Source: Pseudobacteriovorax sp.
Lineage (GTDB): Bacteria > Bdellovibrionota_B > Oligoflexia > Oligoflexales > Oligoflexaceae
Length of the DNA: 16,265 nt
Assembly (NCBI GenBank): GCA_050293845.1
Contig: JBNKNM010000118.1
Span: 1-16,265, forward strand
Reading direction: 5' to 3'
A program made the position numbers and the translations under genes. The notes below the pieces were generated by a model. That model saw nothing but the letters and a program-made list of their open reading frames with translations, was not told the origin of the DNA and ran no database searches. Positions 8,267 to 15,336 of the stretch are shown here, piece after piece. Within the stretch, counting starts at the first letter, position 1. Each line of letters begins with the position of its first letter.

Positions 8267-8701
8267 ATGAAATCAAAAGATGAATACCTGGGTGAATATG
8301 CACAGAGCCATCAGAATAAAGTAAATAAAATGATACATTACATTTGCGTGCCACTTATTACCTGGAGTACCCTGGGACTGTTGTGGACTATGACACCCTA
8401 TGCCTACATAGGCCTGATAACATTCGCTATACTGTACTATCTTATACTGTCATTTAAATTAGCTATAGGAATGTTATTTTTTATCTCTCCCAGCTTACTG
8501 ATAATTACACACCCCTATACATTTACAGTATCTTTAGGAATCTTTATTTTCAGTTGGATAGTTCAAATCTGGGGCCATAAGATCGAAGGAAAAAAACCAT
8601 CCTTCCTGAAGGATCTTCAATTTCTGCTCATCGGCCCGCTGTGGATACTCAATAAGATCTATATTGAGCTAGGAATTTTTAAATTAACCGAGCAAAAGTA
8701 G
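8267..8701 (+). CDS. DUF962 / Mpo1-like integral membrane protein
   Basis: Family motifs Y..SHQN..N..IH.ICVP and Q..GHKIEGKKPSF..DLQFLLIGPLW; 3-4 hydrophobic segments. Confidence 0.9.
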   Translation: MKSKDEYLGEYAQSHQNKVNKMIHYICVPLITWSTLGLLWTMTPYAYIGLITFAILYYLILSFKLAIGMLFFISPSLLIITHPYTFTVSLGIFIFSWIVQIWGHKIEGKKPSFLKDLQFLLIGPLWILNKIYIELGIFKLTEQK

Positions 8702-8725
8702 GTTTTATCATTTCATAAGGTGTAA

Positions 8726-8753
8726 GTATAGGAGGTTTTGCCGCCCTCCATAC
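8726..8753. terminator. Possible hairpin between convergent genes
   Basis: gtat(a)ggagg-N9-cctcc-atac stem between the convergent stops at 8701 and 8791; no strong adjacent U-tract. Confidence 0.3.
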
Positions 8754-8790
8754 CTCATAATTTTTATCAAGCATATTGAGTATTATTGAA

Positions 8791-9300
8791 CTAGGTAGCT
8801 TCTGCATCAATCTTTTTTACGGCGAGATTAAATATTTTTAAGGATACCCCTTCTTCCATATAATAGTGAAGATAAGGTGTGTCTTCTATATCAACAGAAC
8901 AGCCCCAAAGATTGTAACCAGGAAGTTTTTCGTTGGCATAATCCAGAGCGGCTTTTTTCTGAGCTTCGACCAAATCATTACAAGAAATAAGACTCTGCTC
9001 ATTGCAAACAAAGAGCCCTTCCTGCACTTCACCAGCCACATTCTGATCAATACATTCCTTTATTTTTTCAGGAACAACCTCAGGAGATACTACATTCAAA
9101 ACAACTCCCTCAGGAGTTTCTTCACCTGTTGGCAATGTTTCAGGAGTATTTTGATTTTTAGGAGGTTCCTCGACATTAGGTTCTTCGATAGATGCTCCTA
9201 CAATATCCGATGACTCCGGTGGTGCTGGGTTTTCTGTATTATTTGCACGACATCCCACTAAAAATAGCAAGACTGCGCCTATCACAACAAATTGTCGCAT
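8791..9300 (-). CDS. Cys-containing putative lipoprotein
   Basis: MRQFVVIGAVLLFLVG-C lipobox, Pro/Glu-rich linker and a C-terminal domain with 4 Cys. GGGGG RBS. Confidence 0.8.
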   Translation of the reverse strand: MRQFVVIGAVLLFLVGCRANNTENPAPPESSDIVGASIEEPNVEEPPKNQNTPETLPTGEETPEGVVLNVVSPEVVPEKIKECIDQNVAGEVQEGLFVCNEQSLISCNDLVEAQKKAALDYANEKLPGYNLWGCSVDIEDTPYLHYYMEEGVSLKIFNLAVKKIDAEAT

Positions 9301-9318
9301 GTTAATAGTCCCCCACTC

Positions 9319-9368
9319 ATACCCTCAAGTAGTATTATCGGCGAAGAAATCACCTGACTTGAGGGTAT
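9319..9368. repeat. Perfect 12-bp inverted repeat (26-nt spacer)
   Basis: ATACCCTCAAGT (9319-9330) / ACTTGAGGGTAT (9357-9368). Confidence 0.9.
9335..9362 (-). promoter_or_regulatory. Sigma-28 (FliA)-type promoter
   Basis: Minus strand TCAAG-N15-GCCGATAA (perfect -10), 34 nt upstream of the 9300 start. Confidence 0.75.
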
Positions 9369-9734
9369 TTTCCAAACTCTTATTGTTGGATTAACTAATC
9401 AAAATCAAAAGCATCATAAAAAGCATGGATCACCCACCACTTTGCATAGTTTTATCTCAAGCATTTGAATCCATTACATTTTTAAAGTAGAAAACACTTA
9501 CCACTCCAGGGAAACGGCTCCACTAGTAAAAATTACCCCGTGGATTAAACCACACTAAACAATTTTATATAGTTAATTCAATATATTACCCACTCCATTT
9601 AGCATGATTTTCAATTTCAAAATCAGACTCAAGGCCCTTAGTCTTCTGCACCGAACCCCAGGCTGAGTCTAGTCTCATAGGCTTGACTCGATGGTAAGAT
9701 AACTTTCCGAAGGGCTTTACTAGAGGGGTAAACA

Positions 9735-11852
9735 GTGATTAATTTGAGGAGCTACCTGGCGTCAGGCTTGATTCTCTTTTTGGGAATCGCTAGTTGTGGA
9801 GGACAAGGTGTACAATTTGCTGAAGCACCAGATGCCCCCCAAGAGGAATCCGATTCTTCCGCAGATGCCCAACCATACTTTCTTAAAGAGTGGCAAATTG
9901 GCGAACCTAAAGAGCAATCCATTATCATAGATACCGGCTTCGGTTTGGTTTCCCAAGAATTATCGTTTCAGCAGGCCCCCCCAACTCAGCAGCAAAGTAC
10001 GCAAATGAACAGGCCTATTCAAACAGTGGTAACAAATCAAGGACATAACGGTAACAGCGCAACAGATAACTTTGCCGTCTCTGAAGCTGGTTTATTAGAT
10101 CTGTTGATCGTTATGGATGACTCCAATTCTATGGTCGGCTACCAGCAAAAATTAGCTAATAACCTACCTTCCATCTTAACTCATATTGGTAATACCAACT
10201 GGCGCATAGCTGTAACCACCACTTCAAACTCATGTCTAAGGACAGCCCAAAGTGGTACTATTCAGATTCTTACAAAGGCTCTTTATGACAATAACCCCGT
10301 CAATGGTGAGGCTATTTTTGCAGAACTGCTAGAAGTAGGAACTACCGGCTCTTGGGAACGCGGTATCCTGATGGGAACAGATGCTCTTCAGGGTAAATGT
10401 GGAGCTAATACCACACCCTGGCTACGTCCATCAGCCAATATTGCCATGCTCATTGTCACCGATGAAGAGAATTGTGGATCAGCTCAAAATGAAGGCTGTG
10501 TCGGCGAAACCTGGGAGAAAGCAGACTATTTCATCGACACATTTGGTACTGAACCCACGGTGCATGGATTAATTCTATTGGATGACCCTCCCTCAAATGG
10601 TAACCCCGGATATGATCCTACCTGTGACAATTCTGGTTATTACGATGATCCCCCAAATCCTACGAACTATCAGGAACTAATAAACCTAACTGGTGGGGTA
10701 TATGCTGATGTCTGTACTTCAGATTACACCACTGTCCTAACCCAAATTTCCCAAAATGTAAGCGATAAGATCAATGTTCAGTTTGAGTTAAATAGTGTGC
10801 CCTCGAACCCCAATGGATTGACTATCGAAATTGATGGTAACCCTGTGACCAACTATGATGTAGATGGAAAAACATTAACAATCTTGGACCCCGTTGCTCC
10901 TACAGCTAACAACTTAAGTGTCCAGTATCTTCACCACCCAAAACCTAAGACCAATAACTTTTCCACAAATCAAGCCATCGACCCATCGACCTTGACGGTT
11001 TGGTTGAATGACATTCTAGTTGATCCTGCCCTATATAGTTATAATGAAAACTCGCAGCAGGTGCATTTCCAAAACCAGCCCCCTGATCGCGCTAAAATAG
11101 AGTTAAATTTCCGCCCCAACACGCTCTTACCAAAGGAGTTTAGTATTGACCATAGCTATCTTGAAGGATCATTCAAAGCCCTTGTTAATGGTAAAGCAGT
11201 AAACTTCACCATTAATCACGACACGAAGCAAATTGTCTTTGCAGAACCACCACAGGATAACGCTGTCGTTACGATAAGCTATGCAAAACCTGGTGATAAA
11301 AAACAGCAATACCCAGTTGTTGACAGCATAAAAATTGATCAACTAGAAGAGATTAGAGTCCTCGATAGGGACACCTTAGAAGAAATTCCTGTTGAATTCT
11401 CTGAGGATGGGCTTTTATCTTTTCCCGAATCTGAAATCTGGAGTGATCGCCCCATTAAGGTTGAATATAATCGAGAAATCGACCCCCAAAACCTTAACTT
11501 CACACTACCGATCGAATCTCAGCTGCTTAGTGATTCCCTAACAATTGTGGCTGATGGTGATGAAGAGGTGTGTACTCAAAGTCTAAAAATTACGGACAAA
11601 AACCTTTCCTTCAACTGTAGTGATGAAGACTTTGAAACCCTTGAAATCCGTTACAAAGAGTTGGTTGATTATGAAAACTCCTTTACACTTGATTTTGACT
11701 ACTCGGGTCCAGTTACCTGGAGGGTTTTCGTTGATGGTCGCGAGTTTGAAGATTTCTATCAATTCGAAAAAACCATAGTTATCCTAAAGAAAGACCTCCC
11801 CCCTGGATCAAAAGTTAGGATTGAAGCACACCCCGCCTCGCTGGAGGAATAA
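9735..11852 (+). CDS. Large lipoprotein with vWA (MIDAS) domain and about six C-terminal beta-rich repeats; probable surface adhesin
   Basis: GTG start with GAGGGG RBS; lipobox GIAS-C; DLLIVMDDSNS (DxSxS at 10116), AVTTT and IVTDEE vWA motifs. From 10782, repeated ~55-60 aa units of the form F.L...L.V..(D/N)G...Y...F...P.....I.V.Y. Confidence 0.85.
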   Translation: MINLRSYLASGLILFLGIASCGGQGVQFAEAPDAPQEESDSSADAQPYFLKEWQIGEPKEQSIIIDTGFGLVSQELSFQQAPPTQQQSTQMNRPIQTVVTNQGHNGNSATDNFAVSEAGLLDLLIVMDDSNSMVGYQQKLANNLPSILTHIGNTNWRIAVTTTSNSCLRTAQSGTIQILTKALYDNNPVNGEAIFAELLEVGTTGSWERGILMGTDALQGKCGANTTPWLRPSANIAMLIVTDEENCGSAQNEGCVGETWEKADYFIDTFGTEPTVHGLILLDDPPSNGNPGYDPTCDNSGYYDDPPNPTNYQELINLTGGVYADVCTSDYTTVLTQISQNVSDKINVQFELNSVPSNPNGLTIEIDGNPVTNYDVDGKTLTILDPVAPTANNLSVQYLHHPKPKTNNFSTNQAIDPSTLTVWLNDILVDPALYSYNENSQQVHFQNQPPDRAKIELNFRPNTLLPKEFSIDHSYLEGSFKALVNGKAVNFTINHDTKQIVFAEPPQDNAVVTISYAKPGDKKQQYPVVDSIKIDQLEEIRVLDRDTLEEIPVEFSEDGLLSFPESEIWSDRPIKVEYNREIDPQNLNFTLPIESQLLSDSLTIVADGDEEVCTQSLKITDKNLSFNCSDEDFETLEIRYKELVDYENSFTLDFDYSGPVTWRVFVDGREFEDFYQFEKTIVILKKDLPPGSKVRIEAHPASLEE

Positions 11853-11869
11853 CACCGGGATCTGAAAAA

Positions 11870-11909
11870 TGGGAGTTCGTATTTTTCCTTTGAACTCTCA
11901 CTTTTCTTT
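11870..11909 (+). terminator. Probable intrinsic terminator
   Basis: tgggagttc-N13-gaactctca 9-bp stem (one G-U) followed by cttttcttt, 17 nt after the vWA gene stop. Confidence 0.55.
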
Positions 11910-11935
11910 AAACTCCTTGCGCAGCCAGCCGACTA
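11909..11935 (+). promoter_or_regulatory. Sigma-28 (FliA)-type promoter candidate
   Basis: TAAA-N15-GCCGACTA with canonical spacing, 160 nt upstream of the aminotransferase ATG. Confidence 0.55.
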
Positions 11936-12095
11936 AAGCAATTATTTCCCATACAAGCCCCACAAATCCTATCAAAACTATGCTAGTAAAATATGATTGG
12001 GCTAGTAATTTCCAAATTTAGCATATAGATTAACGGGCCATGTCAATCCATTTGACCGAATAATTACGACTCTATAAGCGTAACAAGGAATTATC

Positions 12096-13208
12096 ATGCG
12101 GGTACCCTTTATTGACCTATCTCGATCTGTCAACCTGATTGCTGATAAAGTCAAAGCAAGTTGGAATCAAGTCCTAGAAAATAAGGAATTTGTCGGAGGG
12201 CCTACGGTAACGAGCTTAGAACGAAAGCTGGAGCAAAAGCTTGCTGTAGATCATTTTATAGCATGTAGTAATGGCACAGATGCCCTTGTAGTGGGATTAC
12301 AAGCTTTGGGTATAAAACCTGGTATGCGAGTAGCTCTTCCAAACATGACATTTTGGGCTCCCTATGAAGCTATCGTCCAGATAGGAGCCATCCCCATTCT
12401 GGTCGACATAGATCCCGATGACCTACAAATGAGCTTTTCTGAATTCAAAACAGGACATAAGCATTTTCACTTTGATGCTGCTATATTAGTACATCTTTTT
12501 GGCTGGACTAGCCATGCTCTTCTTGAGTTTCGGCAGTTTTGCTCTGAAGAGAACATAACCCTTTTGGAGGATGGTGCTCAAAGTTTTGGGGTTGAGTACG
12601 ACAAGCAACCTATCTATGGGGGAGCTACCTTATCTACTATTTCCTTTTATCCTGCAAAAGTTTTAGGGGGAGCCACTGATGGTGGTGGTGTTATGACGCC
12701 CCACCCTACCATAGGAGAAAAAATCCGAGCATTATGCAACCATGGTAGAGCTGGGCATTACACCTACGATTATGTTGGTTGGAATAACCGCATGTCGGGG
12801 CTAAACGCTCACTACCTCAATCATATGCTAGAAGAGATTGACTCATTAGTAGCTTCCCGAGTGGAGGCTGAAGCCTTCTATCGCAATTATTTTGCCGACT
12901 ACTCCTCTCAAGTTCAAGTCCACAAGGCTCCAGATAGAGTAACAGGAAATGGTTATTTATCAGTGATTACAGTCAAAAAAAAATCTGCTGATGAACTTGT
13001 AGCATCGTTGATGGAAGAAGGGGTTGGCAGTGCCAGAACCTACCCTCAAACCCTTTGTCAGCAACCCCCAGCAAAGCGAGCCCTGAGAACTTCTGATCTC
13101 AGACATAGTATTAGTTTTAGCCGCAATGTAATCAACCTACCATTATTTGGTGGCATCACATTGGAAGAGTGCGAGGTAGCGGCTCAGGCTTTACAGAAAC
13201 TACTCTAG
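12096..13208 (+). CDS. DegT/DnrJ/EryC1/StrS family PLP-dependent sugar aminotransferase
   Basis: VPFIDL N-terminus, CSNGTDAL, VHLFG, EDGAQSFG (PLP-binding Asp), SFYPAKVLG (Schiff-base Lys), NHGR, GWNNRM and INLPLF. AAGGA RBS. Confidence 0.95.
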   Translation: MRVPFIDLSRSVNLIADKVKASWNQVLENKEFVGGPTVTSLERKLEQKLAVDHFIACSNGTDALVVGLQALGIKPGMRVALPNMTFWAPYEAIVQIGAIPILVDIDPDDLQMSFSEFKTGHKHFHFDAAILVHLFGWTSHALLEFRQFCSEENITLLEDGAQSFGVEYDKQPIYGGATLSTISFYPAKVLGGATDGGGVMTPHPTIGEKIRALCNHGRAGHYTYDYVGWNNRMSGLNAHYLNHMLEEIDSLVASRVEAEAFYRNYFADYSSQVQVHKAPDRVTGNGYLSVITVKKKSADELVASLMEEGVGSARTYPQTLCQQPPAKRALRTSDLRHSISFSRNVINLPLFGGITLEECEVAAQALQKLL

Positions 13209-13254
13209 CGGTTTATAAGTTATAATGAACAGACCACTTTCGGAGGAGTGATTA

Positions 13255-13671
13255 ATGTCAGATGCAAACTTTACTTGCTCAATCAATGCACCGTTCGAAA
13301 AGTTATGGAAAACCCTCATCGACGAAGTCGAACACCCCAATAACTATAACAATAAAATATTAGGGGTAAAAATCCTAGAAAGGTTTAACGACGGGGTACT
13401 GCGCAGTGTGCAAGTTCCCGATGCAGATGTGCGGGAAAAGATAGTTTTTGATTTCGAGCAAAGAACAATCAGATCAAGCCTGGTAGGCCACCCTTCTCTC
13501 GTGGGTATAATTACCAGAACCATTATACCAATTGGTGATGATATATGGGAACTGAAAAGCAATGTAACTTGGGAAAGTGTCGATGATCGTGTCGACGGCA
13601 TGATACGACGTAACATAGAATCCTTTATCACCCAAGGTTTGAAGAAAGTAAAAGAAAGAGCTGAAGCCTAG
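13255..13671 (+). CDS. AtaL-like (DUF1857) SRPBCC/START-fold protein
   Basis: INAP.EKLW..L.....P..Y...I....ILER..DGVLR......VREKI..D pattern and C-terminal amphipathic helix. Strong GGAGGAG RBS; 46 nt after the aminotransferase stop. Confidence 0.75.
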   Translation: MSDANFTCSINAPFEKLWKTLIDEVEHPNNYNNKILGVKILERFNDGVLRSVQVPDADVREKIVFDFEQRTIRSSLVGHPSLVGIITRTIIPIGDDIWELKSNVTWESVDDRVDGMIRRNIESFITQGLKKVKERAEA

Positions 13672-13698
13672 GGATCTGTTCAGCCTAGCCTAGTTACC

Positions 13699-13727
13699 TG
13701 TTTTTTCGGTTGTCTACCGAAAAAACA
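13699..13727. repeat. Perfect 12-bp inverted repeat (5-nt loop)
   Basis: TGTTTTTTCGGT-tgtct-ACCGAAAAAACA, between the SRPBCC gene and the response regulator. Confidence 0.85.
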
Positions 13728-13737
13728 ATGGCAACCA

Positions 13738-13764
13738 TTAAGTTTATGGGATCGGTACCGATTT
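13738..13764 (+). promoter_or_regulatory. Possible sigma-28-type promoter overlapping a 12-bp palindrome
   Basis: TTAAG-N14-ACCGATTT; ATCGGTACCGAT (13751-13762) is a perfect palindrome; 58 nt before ATG 13823. Confidence 0.45.
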
Positions 13765-13822
13765 GAAGATACCTTTCCTTTGCTGGTATAGGATTGCAAC
13801 ACGACAAAGGGTAGCGGAATCT

Positions 13823-14602
13823 ATGGGATATAATGCCGAAGAAAAATCGATCCTTATCGTCGATGATGAAGCAGACCTTCGGGAAATTCTTCAATACGAC
13901 CTCGAAGATGTAGGATACCAGACTTTCACAGCCCCGGAGGCCCACGAAGCTCTTAAGATTATTAGCGAAAATAACATTGATCTCGTGATATCTGATATTC
14001 GTATGCCAGGGGGGGATGGTATTTTCTTACTTGATTCGCTGCGAAAAAATGACTTTCGAGACCCTCCTGTTATTCTCGTTTCAGGTTTTTCGGATATCAC
14101 GCCAGCGGAGGCCTTTCATAAAGGAGTAGTCCATTTCCTCCCTAAACCTCTTGCTACTGAAATCCTCCTTGAATATATTAAGCTCAGCCTTCTGGACCCG
14201 ATGGAGCGTTGGAAAAAAAAGAGCGAATGGATTGTAGCCACTCGATTTGAACGTAGCTTTCCTAGTGTCGAAAGTGCCATAAATGATAATCTTTTATTAT
14301 TGGGAAAAGGCGGTATCTTTGTCCATATGAAGAAAAATCTACCGCGTCTTAATTCTACCTGCTATTTTAAGTTCACTTTTGAAAACACGCAGTCGAACTT
14401 GGAAGGTATAGCCACCTGTAAGTGGCAAAGAAATTTGTTACGAGAACCTCACCTCAATGGAGTAGGTTTAGAGTTTAGAGAACTTACAGATGAATCTATA
14501 GTCTTTATCAATAAGTATGCAAAGGAACAAAAGGTTGTTCCACAAATCCCTATGAAAGCTTATAAACCTATTTACACTCCCTTGAAATTAACATCTCCGT
14601 GA
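13823..14602 (+). CDS. Response regulator: REC domain + degenerate PilZ-like C-terminal domain
   Basis: ILIVDDE, ISDIRMPGGDG (phospho-Asp), LVSG and LPKP define the REC domain. C-terminal LGKGGIFV ... G.CKWQR ... GVGLEF..L is PilZ-barrel-like. ATG 13823 preferred over the TTG 13763 extension. Confidence 0.88.
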   Translation: MGYNAEEKSILIVDDEADLREILQYDLEDVGYQTFTAPEAHEALKIISENNIDLVISDIRMPGGDGIFLLDSLRKNDFRDPPVILVSGFSDITPAEAFHKGVVHFLPKPLATEILLEYIKLSLLDPMERWKKKSEWIVATRFERSFPSVESAINDNLLLLGKGGIFVHMKKNLPRLNSTCYFKFTFENTQSNLEGIATCKWQRNLLREPHLNGVGLEFRELTDESIVFINKYAKEQKVVPQIPMKAYKPIYTPLKLTSP

Positions 14603-14624
14603 TTTTATATTTAATTCATTCAAA

Positions 14625-15188
14625 CTATTCCTTTAGGCAAGCCTGTACTGCTGCGTTTCTCTGTTCTGGAGTATCTGTGGGTAGGGCTTCTCCTTCGAGA
14701 TATAATTTATAGCAAGCTGTTGTAATTTTTATGGACTCAATCTTTTCGAAGTCACACTTGTCATAAGAGCCTTGATAAATCCACTGTGCAATTATAGTTT
14801 TTCCTTCATTTTTCTCAGCACATGAAATTAGCAGAGCACCGCCTTCTTGAGCAGACAGAATCGAAGAATTAGGAACGCCGATGGCAGCGACTGAATTGGC
14901 GAGAGCCTCAAAATTGCAATCAAAATTAGCAGCTACCGTATCAATACAGGTATCGGTGCTGAAATCAAATATCTTGGATTGATTGACACACTCCTCTATT
15001 ACCGGAGGATAATTAAGATTGATGCGATCTCCTTCAATGCACTCATCGGGATTAGTCTCATCATTTCCACCAGCATCAGGAGCTTCTGTAGAATTTTCAT
15101 CTCCTCTGTTTCCACCATTGAAGCCGGACTCGCTGCAACTGAACACAAAAACAACGATCGACAAGTATAGTGTAAAAAAGTTTTTCAC
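14625..15188 (-). CDS. Cys-rich putative lipoprotein
   Basis: GTG start with GAGG RBS; MKNFFTLYLSIVVFVFS-C lipobox, Gly/acidic linker and 8 further Cys. Confidence 0.8.
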   Translation of the reverse strand: MKNFFTLYLSIVVFVFSCSESGFNGGNRGDENSTEAPDAGGNDETNPDECIEGDRINLNYPPVIEECVNQSKIFDFSTDTCIDTVAANFDCNFEALANSVAAIGVPNSSILSAQEGGALLISCAEKNEGKTIIAQWIYQGSYDKCDFEKIESIKITTACYKLYLEGEALPTDTPEQRNAAVQACLKE

Positions 15189-15227
15189 TAGGATTACCTC
15201 GATTAAAATTTTCTCGCTCCTTTTGTA

Positions 15228-15255
15228 ATATCGGACAATAGCTTTTTTCTATTAA
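15228..15255 (-). promoter_or_regulatory. Sigma-28 (FliA)-type promoter
   Basis: Minus strand TTAAT-N15-TCCGATAT, 39 nt upstream of the 15188 start; same geometry as the 5302-5329 site. Confidence 0.6.
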
Positions 15256-15336
15256 ATTAATGAGTTTTTTTATTGGAATTTTCGGTAATTAAATAAATAA
15301 TTTTCTAGTTATTCTGACGAAAACTTGGAGATTGCC

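Noticed and set aside
9369..9734. Long intergenic region as a possible ncRNA or riboswitch
   Set aside because: AT-rich divergent promoter region; no recognisable aptamer consensus or extended stable stems by eye.
13763..13822. TTG 13763 start for the response regulator
   Set aside because: The extension overlaps the candidate promoter and adds 20 non-domain residues; the REC domain begins right after ATG 13823.
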